Positions 38,629 to 51,308 are shown, counted from the whole stretch's first letter. The stretch: DNA of 63,932 nt, filler included, from Rhabdomonas costata (GCA_019059605.1; 43 parts of 43 records of this genome joined end to end with filler, not necessarily neighbours in it), one strand, 5' to 3'. Translations and numbers: made by a program. Notes: a model not told the origin generated them from the letters alone.

Positions 38629-41600
38629 NNNNNNNNNNNNNNNNNNNNNNNNNNNNNNNNNNNNNNNNNNNNTTAATTAATTAANNNNNNNNNNNNNNNN
38701 NNNNNNNNNNNNNNNNNNNNNNNNNNNNGGTGGGTTTCAGAAAGGCAACATTCACACAATGCAGACTCAATTCCGGCGAGGGACATCCATGCAGCAAATT
38801 GCGAAGGTTGCCTTTCTGAAAGCCACCACGAGTTCTAAACACCAGGGGGGCAGAGCAAGGCGAAGGGGCCATGGGCGAAATCCTAACTCACAAGAACTGA
38901 GCTCACACGTACTGGGAGCCACTTTCCAGCAAAGCGACCTACACACTCACTGGGCCCCACGCACAGACGAGATAAAGCACTGGGACACCGCCCAATCCTA
39001 GCGCTGAGCTTGGGCCCTGCTCAGCAATAAAATGTCACTCAGTCTGATGCATCTTACACCAGCTAATTTTGGGAAAGCTAAAAAATCACCTTATAAATGC
39101 ACAGCATTTGCAGTCTTCAGAGATTTCACAACAACACGAAAGAGAAGGATTGCTGCACACTTTTTTGGCCTTGTTGGAGCACGTGGCACCTGTTCCCATG
39201 CGGAAGCCTGGGAATCGCCTCGGCTTCGGACTGATCCTCGCTGTCGCTGATACTCTGTCCTCTAACGCTGCCACGGCCCGACAATCGGCGGCGTTTGCGT
39301 GGCGAGCTCTGTGGCGAAAAAATTGGAATCAGAGTATATTATCTTAAACGAGGGAAACCAAACAAAATGAGAAGCGCATCAATGCAACGCGCTCGTTGAG
39401 CACAGGTCGACCCATCCTCCGGAACAATCTCTCACAAACAAAGGTTTGCCCCAAACACAAAAAATCCTCCAAGATAGCGTCCCACACTGACATTCGTACA
39501 TACCCTACACTGAAACACATCAGTGATAAGATACCAGAAAGGCAATCCGGCACCAAAGCAGCGAGAGGGCGGATGGAGGAACTAAGTGACTAGAAGTTTT
39601 GCTAGCAAGTGGTGGAAACCACCGTTTAGTACTTTGTCCCTTTCATACTGTCGGGGATTTTCGAACATAAAAAAACCACCCTGTAACCAGCAGTGCGCAC
39701 GAAAGAAACTGCTGATAACAGTACTTATGTGTGGACCGGGAAACAAAACCGCTCACAAACGATACTTTGTGCGTTTGCTGTTGCGTGAAGGTTTGCTTCG
39801 CTGATGTCCCTTTTTGCTCTTTTTTTTTTCGCTTCGCGCATGCGCTTGAGGGAGTACAGCAACCACACAAAAGCAGTATTGGTGAAAGATCGACGAAGAG
39901 GCCTCCAAAAGACAAGGAGGCAACAAAAACAAACCGACACCGCAGCCGAGTGCAGAATCTTCTCCCCACTCCATCTCTGAAATTCCGGAAAAGTGTCCGA
40001 CCAATTGCTGAACCTGAAAGGAAAGAGCCTCACTCTGCAACCCATTTGCAACCTAAAACACTGCCCCATCCAAAACAAAACATATCAAAACCACAAAACC
40101 ACGTCAGAGAGTTCCCANNNNNNNNNNNNNNNNNNNNNNNNNNNNNNNNNNNNNNNNNNNNTTAATTAATTAANNNNNNNNNNNNNNNNNNNNNNNNNNN
40201 NNNNNNNNNNNNNNNNNTTTGCGGTTGCTCGGATTATAACTGGACGTCTAGAGGCCGCCGTAGCGGCCTAGGGAATCGAGCCTCGAATAGGCTTCGTGTA
40301 TAAAGGCCATGGGCCAATATTAAGGGTCCATCACGTGGCCCCATCTGCCACTGGTTTTTTACGTCACAAAGTTCAAGACAAGAAAACAAGTTCAGGGCAG
40401 CACACAAAGTGTGTCCGTCCCACTGAAGCAAGAGCCAACTCAACGCTCACAGCGCAAGCACTTTTTTGATCTCTCGGGTTGTTTCCGGTTCCGGTTGTTG
40501 AAGCACTGCGGAGCGGCGGCCAATGTGCAGAGAAGGGTGGGTCTCGAGACCCGCAGAAATGCCGTGCCCTGCGATTGAGCTGCAGTTCAGCGGACGGGCG
40601 GGTGTATCATTCTAGGCTTCTCCTTTCTTCAGCTCTCGCACCGGTCCGTGGCGAAAACCCTCCCCTCGGCCAGGCGGGGCGGCCTAAGCAACTCCGCGGG
40701 GTTTGGAAAAACGTGTAGAGCCTGAGACCACGTGATCGGGGGCTCACAACGTGCATCCCACTCAGAGGAGGGCCCACCGCCACCACCGCCCGTCGAGGCT
40801 CTAAAAAGATACCGCAACGAGAGAAAGAAAGAAAGTTACAGAATGGCGCTTACAGAGTGTAAGTGAGGTTAAAGGGGTGAAATCTGAGTTGAGCAGCTGA
40901 ATGATCTGATGCCGTAGTACTACATTAACTGGCGGAGTGGTTGTTTTTTTCGGAAGAAGCGTCAAACTTTATCGTGGCGCGGAAAAATGGACGAGGAGGA
41001 GCAGTGCCAACTTGGTGGGGGTAAAGGATAGGAAAGGAGGTATGTATTTCGGGACTTTCGGAAGCAATGCGCAAAAAGAAATACAAGAGCATTCCCACCA
41101 GCAGTAAGTATTTTTCCCTGACGACGGCCTTAATGGTGTGTTTTGGGCACACTGCAACAGAGCAAGAAATCCAAAGGAAAGCCGTCGGCAAAGAAACTGG
41201 CTAGGATGAAGTCAAACTTACACCTTGTCAGGGCTGGACCATAGTAAAACTCGAAGCGAAGGAACCATTCCACAATAACTGCGACAGCACAAAGCGAGAG
41301 ATTGTGAGGCGAAATGGTGAACGCTGATTTGGGCAGCTGAAAGATCTGAAGCCTTTGGAGTAAAAGAACAAAGCGATAGAGGGAGTGAAGTGCCACGGCC
41401 GGGGAACACATATTACGAGTAGCAGCATATGTCCACGCACGGTTGTGAGAACCAAATCTCTTGAAAGATTCTAGCGCAGAAGTGCAGCACAGTACTGAAC
41501 AGTAGGGTACAGGGTACCATGCAACTTCAACTTCGTTCTTCTTTATAATTCGTTCTCTTCTCTCCTCCTCACCCGTTCGAGCTACAAACAACCACAGACA

Positions 41601-41844
41601 AACCAACNNNNNNNNNNNNNNNNNNNNNNNNNNNNNNNNNNNNNNNNNNNNTTAATTAATTAANNNNNNNNNNNNNNNNNNNNNNNNNNNNNNNNNNNNN
41701 NNNNNNNTGATAGACCGCAACGTTTCAATGCTTTTGTGGGATGTGTGTGTGGGATGGGATGACCTACATCTCCACGGGTGGAGTCTCTTCCTGTATTTGT
41801 AGGCGTTGAATCTTTTCTGCTGGTGCGGAGAATTGTGGGTTGAA

Positions 41845-43082
41845 ATGGCGTCGACCTCCCCGGCCACTGGCCTCGTGTGGGATGAACTCTTTATGTGGTA
41901 CGACTGCGGCTCAGCGACGATGGACGTCGTCCCGGATTCGCGGCAGTGGATTCAGCCAGGGCCCGTGCACGTCGAGAACGCCTCAGCAAAGCGGCGGATC
42001 AAGAACCTGCTGGACGCGTGCGGGATGACAGAGAAGCTCGTGGTAATCCGAGCGCGGCCCGCCACAGATGCGGAGCTCCAGGCTGCGCACACCCCGGAGC
42101 ACGTTGCTCAGGTATGTGCGGAGAATCACACCCGATATTGAAGTCCCTGCATTGTTTGTTGGGTAAAATAGGTCGGAGGCGAAGCAGGATGGGGTCTTTG
42201 TATCGATAGGAGGCCTCCCGAAACGCTGTCTGGTCGGTTCTGGAGGTTTGGGTTTCCTGACCTGACCTTTCATAGTTACCGTGAATAATGACCAGGGATG
42301 TGCATACCCCTTAATAAATTTCCCGCTGTGCGCACGTGCGTTTGAGTGGAAACTTGAGAGTAACCACCCCTCTGTAAACAGATGACTACTCACGACTAAG
42401 TTTAGCTGAAAGTCTCCCTATATCGGAGCAGTCCAGAGTTGTCACATCTTGTTAAAAATAAAAGCTAGAGGTAAAAGATGATGAATCTAAAATAATGAGT
42501 CAGATCCGCCCGAACCTAAGCAGAGGCTTGCGATTTCCTTTTGTGGAGGAGAGCTGAACAATGGCGAGACTGATGGTTATTACCTCCAAAAGTCCAATGA
42601 AATCCAGGCAGAGCCTCACGGGGTCAAAGGTCACTGTGCTCGTGACCTTTGACTCCGTGTGCCGGAGGCTCTGTCTGGATTTCAGTAGCCTTTTTTTTTT
42701 TTTGCAGATTTTTACCTCGGTTTCAATTTTGCTGTGTCATGTTTGTGTTCCACTTTTTTTTTACTTCTATTGTGCCCCTAACATATGTAAGGGGGGCTGA
42801 GACGTAATACTTAATACTTGCGCTGAAAGCTACAAGGGAGAAGGTAATAAGAGAACTATCCAAGAAAAACAATCAAAATCCGTTTCGAAATGCCTCTGCC
42901 TTACCGCATGACATAGATGAAAGCTGCCAGTGAGCTTCCGGAGGGGAAGTGGGTCGGCGATGGCACGAAGCTCCCGGTGGGAGGCTTCTCCATTGCTGCG
43001 CTGGCCGCGGGAGGTGCCATCGAAGGGGTCGTCGCTGTGGCCCAGCGCCGTGCCCGCAACGCGTACTGCCTGCTGCGGCCCC
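41845..43082 (+). CDS. Class II histone-deacetylase-like amidohydrolase (HDAH/plant HDA8 type), N-terminal part (exons 41845-42111 and 42917-about 43082)
   Basis: TGLVWDELFMWYD.G...QP..HVEN...KRRIKNLLD..G...L...ARPATD.EL..AH..EH|MKA.S...GGFSIA.LAAGG.IE.V.AV...RNAYCLLRPP. The sequence breaks just before the GHH motif. Confidence 0.9.
42181..42272 (+). repeat. Interspersed repeat family A, copy 2 (in the deacetylase intron)
   Basis: Contains GCCTCCCGAAACGCTG and flanks similar to 5069-5159. Confidence 0.8.
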
Positions 43083-46000
43083 CCGAACCCCACCCCNNNN
43101 NNNNNNNNNNNNNNNNNNNNNNNNNNNNNNNNNNNNNNNNTTAATTAATTAANNNNNNNNNNNNNNNNNNNNNNNNNNNNNNNNNNNNNNNNNNNNGGTT
43201 GTGTGTTCACTGAAAGAAAAGATTATGTGTTAACAGAGGTCGAAGATTGAGAATGAACCAAAATGGTATTTTTGTTCTCCGTTCCCTACATTGCTACTTG
43301 CCTGGTTTTCAACATTAGAGATAAAACAGTTTCACTTGTAATGTGAAGCGGGGCCACGTGTTGGCTCATAAAAGGGAAGATCTGCTGTCGTGCTGCACCC
43401 TGATTTTATTTAAAAATTCAGCAAAAAGCTTCTTGAAAACTGTGTTCTCAGTATTAACATCGATCGGTTGCTCCACTGTTGGTCAGATGGTGCCCTGCTT
43501 TCTGTATATAGCATGAGTCTGTATTACTTTCTGGGGGCTTTTTTGTACTCCGTGATTCCGTCTGACTTGCCAGTGTGGGTGCCTTGCTGCTTCACCTTGC
43601 AGCCACTATTCTGTAGTTTTTTGTAGTTTGTGTCGGGCAGGGAAGGTGCGTAGTGCAAGGTGCTGCCCATGGGGCGACGTGCTCTGTTTTTCCTCCTCTC
43701 CAAGTTCTCTGACTCGCAAATACTTTGCTGTTTTTACTCACTCAAATCGCTGTGCATGTGTGTTTCTGGCGCCTCTTGAACCGCACGGAATGGAGGCAAA
43801 GATCGTCAAGCAGTCCGCTCTACCGCTCACTTCTAGCTCCAGAAGTTGATTTTCTTTGACCCCCGGATATTTGGTTCCTATTAATTGTTTCGGGACTGAA
43901 GCTGCCAATCTGCCCCCAATCCAGATCTTCTTATGAACGCGGAACTACATATTCTGACGTCCACCCAGTTTTGAAGTAGTCTTAAGTTCTTATCAATCAC
44001 GAAATATATTATGAATGTTGAAGATTTGAAGCGGAATTGTGGTTGATCCGCACCAGGGTACAGCGGGTGTTTGTATGATGGCCCTAATCGCTCTGGAGAG
44101 CAAGCGCCAAGGTCCTTGTCCCCCCCCCCCTTTTGCGTTCTCCCATCTCTCAAGCATTTGCATATGTCCAATGTTAGAGCGGCTGGGACAGGTATGGTGT
44201 GTCATGTCGTCGTGTTGCATTTCATCTGCATATGCATGTCCAACGTGAAATCGTGATGGTATGCTAATGTTGTACCATGTACTGCCTGCGAATGTGCGTG
44301 AGCGCTAATGTGGGCCAATTGGATTAGCACCCCCGTGTGCGGCACTTGTCTTTAGCTGTATTTGTCATCGCTGCTCCGAATCTTTCGACGGCGGTGACAA
44401 GAGGACTGGTACCACACGGGAAAATCCCAACCTCTGTGCATGTATCCTTCAACTCAGCAAGACTGATGCAACCACTTTCGTGGTGCGGCACAGGAAGATG
44501 AAATATGTACACGCCGAATCGGCCTTCTCATTGCCTCCGCTGAACGCTGAACACATTGCACATTGAATTCGTTGCCACCAACCACNNNNNNNNNNNNNNN
44601 NNNNNNNNNNNNNNNNNNNNNNNNNNNNNTTAATTAATTAANNNNNNNNNNNNNNNNNNNNNNNNNNNNNNNNNNNNNNNNNNNNGTAATGCCCAGGGAA
44701 CGGGTTTTGTCAAGACCTCTAAAATGAATTAATCCGTCAGTATGGATACTCAAGCAAACAGAAAGTACCTACAGCCCCAGGCCGCACCACTTTCTGATGC
44801 AACAAATGCGACAAAGCCGAAGGTATGAAAGGGACCAATTGCATTGCCCCAGGAATCCCCTCACCAATCCCCAGGAATACTAACCCAACGATGTCCAGCG
44901 ATGTTTCAACCACTGTTCAGGAACCGAAAAAGCCGTGCACAGGGTTTGGGAGTAGATCACGGGATTTGGAATGAGTGCCCTTTTCGTAAACGCCTTTTGC
45001 ATTCCACCTCCCATCCCTCTCCCACGTCGGCGTCCCCACTGGAGGCGCGTTCCCCAGGAGTCGAGGTTGGGAGTCAGGGTCCCTCACGTCTTGATATTGG
45101 ACTTCGCAAAGTCTGCCCGCAGCTCTGCAGCGGAGTTCGGTAGGTGAGCCCCTGCCACAGCCAAAAGATGAGCCCCGATAGAATTCCCAAAAGGAAAATA
45201 ATGAATGCTGCGTCGCTTCTGCCGCACACAGAACGCAGGCAGAAAATGGCAGTACGTGCACGAGGCGCCTATAATTTTTTTTACAAGGATTCGAGTCGGA
45301 AACGCAAAGATTTCAAAATTCCATTCAATGGGACACTCTGTAAACCACAGCGGTGTACACCACCGGTTCCGAAACCACTGAATCGTATGACATTTCATTT
45401 TCATTGTTTACATTTTTTTGTATTTTGTAGTATTTTGTTTGCCTTTCTTGGAGGGTTTGCTGCAATTCTCGAGAGTTGCGTTCCTTTTCTCCGAAACACC
45501 GGTATTTTTTCTTCATACAGAACAATTCAGAGAAGGATAGAAAACATCCTGCTTGCACATACACACTCTCCTCAGAAAACCACAGCAGAAATTGCTGATG
45601 TGCCGGATAATGCAGAGCAGAATAACTCCCAAGAACTCCTAGCCCAACACAAGTCAGCAGAAAAACACACACGCCCACCCAGACGTGGACACAGAGCAAG
45701 ACACCGTTGAGCCTCACCAGCGCCCGAGCAGCGCTGTCATGGTCCTGGGAGAAACAACGAACAGCAGAGTTTTGCCCGCCCAATATTCTCTCCGATCACA
45801 CGAAGTTCAGATGAGCAGATCACTCAGGAACAAGCCGATCACGACTTGTCAAAATTGCAGAGCCAATGTGCAGCATGTCCGCAGTCACGTATTCAGCTTG
45901 CTGTTCCGTGATAAAATATGCGCGTGGTTGGGATCCTGACCCAACCCAGCGTTTGCCCGTGTACATGCTTCAGGTGGAAAGGTCTTTTCAACCGCAGTGG

Positions 46001-46225
46001 TACCGCCGCTCTTGTGGAATTCTTCCTCATCAATAACACACTTTGACACACTTTGACAACAGAAGGAAAAACGNNNNNNNNNNNNNNNNNNNNNNNNNNN
46101 NNNNNNNNNNNNNNNNNTTAATTAATTAANNNNNNNNNNNNNNNNNNNNNNNNNNNNNNNNNNNNNNNNNNNNGGTTGTAAAAATGGTAGATATAATTTT
46201 TGGTCAGAATAAATAATATTAAAAA

Positions 46226-46253
46226 AATAATTGATGGTTTGTCATCAATTATT
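46226..46253 (-). terminator. 11-bp AT-rich hairpin just downstream of the 46258-46440 ORF; probable transcript 3'-end signal
   Basis: aataattgatg-gtttgt-catcaattatt, followed on the minus strand by TTTTT. Confidence 0.5.
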
Positions 46254-46257
46254 ATTG

Positions 46258-46440
46258 TTATACTTTCTCCAAAAGTGCTATGAGTTCTAGTATTTTATTT
46301 TCTATGTTTTCTCTTTTTTCAGTGTTTGTTTCGATCTTGTAATGATATATTTTCGCTTGAATTAGTTCATAGAACAGTTCCGTTATTTTACTTCTTTTCA
46401 CTAAAACAATGGCATCTGAGTTTGTTGCAAGATGATTCAT
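46258..46440 (-). CDS. Small helical hypothetical protein (60 aa) on the AT-rich contig
   Basis: Intact ATG-TAA ORF with AT-rich codons, divergent from the fibre-like ORF, followed by a hairpin. Confidence 0.55.
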   Translation of the reverse strand: MNHLATNSDAIVLVKRSKITELFYELIQAKIYHYKIETNTEKRENIENKILELIALLEKV

Positions 46441-46517
46441 ATATAGAATAGTTTATTATAATAATTTCTTTCTTATTTCCTCAAGAGTTAATTTTTCATT
46501 GTACGTTTTTACAAGAT

Positions 46518-47562
46518 ATGAATACAAATGAAGCAGGAACTCTAACACAGATGTATGGAGCATTTGGTGGTGGAATGGGAGGATCTGGGATTGCTCAAAA
46601 TGCATATGTAACAATTCCTTCATATGTTGATAACTCTTCATCAAGTACTATGATGACTAATTATACAGTAACAGCTACAGCTATTACTACTACACAAATA
46701 ACATCTAATCCATCATTTCCAAGTGCAAGTCTTGGAGGTACAATAACATCAAATTATGCAAGTCAAATTACAGGGTGGTTTCGTCTGAATGTAAAACTAA
46801 CATCAACATATGCTTTGTCTAAGTGCACAGCATATGTTACTGGCCCGACGTACACAACAACAAATCCTTTCAAATTATATTTCTATGGTTCAAATTCATT
46901 ATCAACATTCAATGACGCAAGTTTAGTTATGACTGATGCCAATTTGGTTTTACTTGGTTCTTCAACTTTTACAAGTGGATCAAATATTAATCTTGATGTA
47001 TATTCTACTGATAGTACTAATTTATACCAATATGTTCACGTTTTCGGATATTATATCTATGGTTATTGGTTTTATACTCTACAAGTATTCACTGGAGCCA
47101 TAACATCAACAAATTTAACTTCTGGTACTGATTGTAGTATTGATTCAGACCCAACAAGTGGAAACCCAAGAATTAAGAATTTAAAAACAACAGCTATACA
47201 AGGATATTATAATAATTTAGCCATAATATGGGAAGAGTTAGGACGGCGCATTTACCCAGTTGTACGAGATAAAAATCAACTTGTATTAACAGATGGAACA
47301 AATACAACAACATTAACATCTACATCTGGATTTCCTATTTCGAAAGCTTCAGATGCTTCAATATCCTATCCATCCCAAAATCAAATACTACAATATAATT
47401 CGACAAGTTCTAAATGGATAAATACAAACCCTTCAGTTATTCTTAACATATCTACAGTAATGTTTCTTAATACAGGTGATTTTACAAGTGCGAACACATA
47501 TTCTTACGTAATACCATCAAATTATGATACAATTATTTTAGACACATATAATCTTACTAACA
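46518..47562 (+). CDS. Virus-like fibre/structural protein, Thr/Ser/Asn-rich, 3' truncated
   Basis: Intronless ORF of about 348 codons on an AT-rich contig. ISKASDASISYPSQNQILQYNSTSSKWIN (about 47340-47430) matches the L..L.DV.I..P...Q.L.YN....KW.N fibre repeat. PFKLYFYGSN recalls a discoidin-like module. Confidence 0.7.
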
Positions 47563-48215
47563 NNNNNNNNNNNNNNNNNNNNNNNNNNNNNNNNNNNNNN
47601 NNNNNNTTAATTAATTAANNNNNNNNNNNNNNNNNNNNNNNNNNNNNNNNNNNNNNNNNNNNCGCCCTTTCACCCTCGGCCGGTGCCGGTGCCCCTTGGC
47701 GGCTCTTTCGTGACCCTTTTGCGCCGCTCCTTGCCCTTCAGCGGAGGGCTAGAGACGGTACATTATTTGCGACAAAAAACCCCACCCCTCACCCCACGTC
47801 GAACTGGACCCGAGCTCCACCCTCCAGCTGTAAATGATCGCGCAATCGGGATGACACATGATTGAAATCACATAAAGTAATGCAACGCCGCACCATAAAA
47901 AGAAGAATGTGGGAAGTCGGAACACATGGAAATCCGCACCAGCTTTAAGTAAAGTGAACTACAAGAGGCGAGAGTTGGAAGCGGCATAACCAATCAAAAG
48001 TCGAGGGAATACAGCCAAAGGTGAACAGAAAGAGAAATAACGCAAACGGGGGTGTGCAGCGAACCCGTTTGTGTGCTACACTCGAAACTTGTCCGGTCGC
48101 GCAAGAAAATGAAGACATACTGCAGACTCGGGCGAGCAATGTGGTTCCAGGAAGGGTGAAAAAATTGGGCGACGGCGGGGATCCGTAGCGGCAACGGGAA
48201 GGAGAGAAAGCCGAC

Positions 48216-48297
48216 CTTGAGGACGCGACCCTTGAAGACGTGGAGCACCTCCACAGTTGGTGTATGGGCGATGGCGTCAGTGATGTACTGAAGCGCC
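48216..48297 (-). CDS. NAA15: NatA auxiliary subunit (Naa15/Nat1) TPR exon
   Basis: TTTTCAG|...ALQYITDAIAHTPTVEVLHVFKGRVLK|GT resembles Naa15/Nat1 AL.YI..AI.HTPTL.E.Y..KA.I.KH. Confidence 0.7.
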
Positions 48298-49159
48298 CTG
48301 AAAAAATCACAGCGGGCAAGCGATCAACAAACATCGGACAATTAACTGTCTAAGCACTTTAAGTGATCTTGTGAGGAATTCAAGCAAGAATGTAAATGAT
48401 CTCACTCGCGGTTGATAATTGCGCATATGGAGGCTTAGTTCGGATCACTTTTCTGGGATGTGCCGATGTTTTCCAAATAAAAGCTGATGTTTTTCATCTC
48501 CACACTATAACATCCCTGTTTTCCGAATTCTTGAAAACTATCGACTTCTCTTCCAAGAAAAATTGCGTTTGCGACAGTTTTCGGTGTTTACAAAAAACAA
48601 GATCACTGGATGGGATTTGTGCACCCGCGGGAAGCAGGCACATGTCCGGTAAAACTAGTTGACCTCCTTCACCCCCGAACGCACGCTCGGGCAACCAGGG
48701 CGAAATTCGGGGTCACAAGCACGAGCAACCGCTAAGGAAACACACGCGCTGGAACATCAGGGCCTGGGCGGAGTACGCTGATATGGTGCCGACCTCCAAT
48801 TTAAGGAAACGCGATGTGACAGCAATCTTGTTCGACCGCATATTACCCTAGGTTCTCTTTCCTTAGGTGTGTGCACGCCACACTGCGCGGACTACACTTC
48901 TGTTCCATTGCTCGTTAAGTCCACGAAACCAATTCGCTGTCTGTCGATTGCGTTGGCTTCTCACGTCGATTTCGAACGGACCGGACGGGACCGCAAACCC
49001 CATGCACAACCACAGCCTCCAAGGCACGTGAAAGAAAAATCTTATCCCACNNNNNNNNNNNNNNNNNNNNNNNNNNNNNNNNNNNNNNNNNNNNTTAATT
49101 AATTAANNNNNNNNNNNNNNNNNNNNNNNNNNNNNNNNNNNNNNNNNNNNGGGGTGTTG

Positions 49160-49232
49160 GGGACCTGCCCGGACGACGCGTTCAGCGGCACACGGTTCCG
49201 GCGCCGCTGAACGCGTCGTCCGGGCAGGTCCC
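49160..49232. repeat. Contig-terminal inverted repeat (30-bp arms), probable amplification fold-back
   Basis: 49160-49189 is the reverse complement of 49203-49232, right after the G/T contig head. Confidence 0.9.
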
Positions 49233-50195
49233 GTTCACTCCGTCACACATCTACGCAGAAATTCGACCAATTCCGACAAAACCAGGCAAGGCAAGGCAAG
49301 GCAACACAAAGAATGCAGATGTAAAGCCGGTTCCCAACGCGGAGCCACAATAAGCTTTGCTCTTTGAATCCTCACGCCTCACGTTAAGCAATGATAGGTC
49401 AGAAGGGTTACACAGAATTTAGCCTTTCTAGCCGCCAAATATCTCGGTGGACACTTTTTATCTGGCGAACTTATGAGGCTCTCGTTTGGTGTGCCTTTTT
49501 GCCAAAAAAAATGAGACACTTTCGGACTTATCTGAGGTTTTTCGGAAGGAGAAAAATCTAAACTGAGCTACAAAAAGGCGGTGGCCTCTCTTTGTTCTGA
49601 AAAGCATACCCCCAAGAATATTGTCAAGCTCGATGGTACCCCAAAGCTAAACTTCGCCCTTATCTTGATTTGAGACTCTTTTCAAGCCCAGTTTTAACAT
49701 TTTTGGTCTGAATTTGGGTTTTCAGGAGTTTTACAGGGAAGAAGCTGGTGTTTGGTGTGCACTAGATTGCTCGCAATCCTGCTTTTTGAGTTCGCCAAAT
49801 AACAGTGTCCACTGCGATATTTTCAACATTTTCCTCACGTTGCATGCACACGTTGCCAGTGTGGCTCCCGGCAAACCTTATGATGTGGCTATCGTTTGTG
49901 GTTTTTCAGCAGAAAAACATTTCCGACGCGATTCTTTTCTGCCGTTTTTTTGCAGCTTTTATGTATTTTTTCCAACCCTGCAACTCCTTTTTTGCTTGCA
50001 ATTTTCCACAACATTTTTTCAAGTAGCTTTTCTACTATTGTAACCGTAGACACCGTTTCGTGAGCTTTAAGGCAAAAGCCTTTGCGCAGCCCGCCTTTCC
50101 ACCTTTCCGCCTTTTCGCCTTTCCGGGACAAGCAACTCCCCTTGCTCCCATCACACGCACAGGGCCGGGGGGCAACGAGGCAGGAGCGCGCGGAC

Positions 50196-50401
50196 CTCAG
50201 CCGGGTCGCAGTCCCCTGTGGATGGCCGGCAGATGGTTTTGAAGAGCAAGGGGTTCCTGGGGCACACCACGGCCACTCCATCGCAAATGCTGTCCGCCTC
50301 GCAGGGCAGGACGCCCGCGTGGCACACCCCCCCACTCCATAGCTGGTCAGGCGGGCAAGCCTTGTTGCTGCCGTCGCAGACCTCCTCTCGGTCGCAACTC
50401 C
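50196..50401 (-). CDS. Exon with tandem disintegrin-like cysteine repeats
   Basis: SCDREEVCDGSNKACPPD...CHAGVLPCEADSICDGVAVVCPRN...CRPSTGDCDPAE fits CR...G.CD..E.C.G....CP.D repeats; AG/GT-bounded. Confidence 0.75.
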
Positions 50402-50638
50402 CTGAGGGAAGGGGACCGGATAGCAGCCAGGGAACAGAGAACAAAGCGGGTTCAAGCGGACCTGTGGCTGCGTGTGCTGACGCATTTGTCTACAGGCAAG
50501 GACACTAGATAGCAGTGTGAGTAAGTGAACCCAACACCNNNNNNNNNNNNNNNNNNNNNNNNNNNNNNNNNNNNNNNNNNNNTTAATTAATTAANNNNNN
50601 NNNNNNNNNNNNNNNNNNNNNNNNNNNNNNNNNNNNNN

Positions 50639-51157
50639 GGGTGGTGGGCCAACGGAGGGTGGCCATGCACACACATGTTCCCTCTTAAGTGCAAACAGTT
50701 CCACGTATGCGGCGTGGGTGTGCCCCAATGTTCTTCCCTTCTCAAGGTGATTTATTGTTGGCAAACCAGCGTACGTCGAGATTCCCTCAAAGAACTCCAC
50801 CTTAGCCGATGAATAATACCAGTGTCTCAGTCGCCAGTGTTTCAGCCCTTTCTGCTTCAAGAGTTGGAAGCTTTTAAGGAACTCACTTCTCTCTCCCCCC
50901 AGAACCTCAAGACTTTTTGCTTGCTTTTCTTGGTGAAAGCTTTCGAAAGCGCTTAACGTTCTATGCCAGATGTCATCAGAGGTCATGCGATGCCTGAGCT
51001 TGATGGGTTCTTTTGGGGAGCGGGAGTGAGCTCCAAGTTGGTCAAGAACCTCCGCGAGAAAATGACCCCCACCGTGTCCATTAGTCTCCAGCCCGGCTCC
51101 TGCGTGGAGTCGAGGATTTGTAATCCTTCTCACGTGTCTGCGGTTCCAACGTCGCAT
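50639..51157 (-). CDS. Intronless protein-like ORF antisense to and upstream of the TOR exons, possibly transposon-derived
   Basis: About 170 open codons with globular composition (DDIWHRTLSAFESF...KHWRLRHWYYS); no family recognised. Confidence 0.35.
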
Positions 51158-51308
51158 CGTCCAAACTTACTCTATTGGAGGGAATGTCATCATTTTTAAT
51201 GCTTGATAATGTCAACTGCTCAATGGCCTTCCCCTTCAGACAGAAACCCATCCACCAAATGTTATCTCTGCTCCGCTGCCCTCCTTTCTCTCTCTTCCCC
51301 TAAAATAG

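Noticed and set aside
43765-43845. tRNA-like A/B-box words on the minus strand (GGTAGAGC...GGTTCAAG)
   Set aside because: No cloverleaf or acceptor stem can be formed.
1329-49232. Long perfect hairpins as hairpin telomeres or MITE ends (1329, 1500, 10145, 28312, 49160)
   Set aside because: All abut contig ends and primer-like tails, share no sequence, and one duplicates a coding-like segment. This fits template-switch artefacts.
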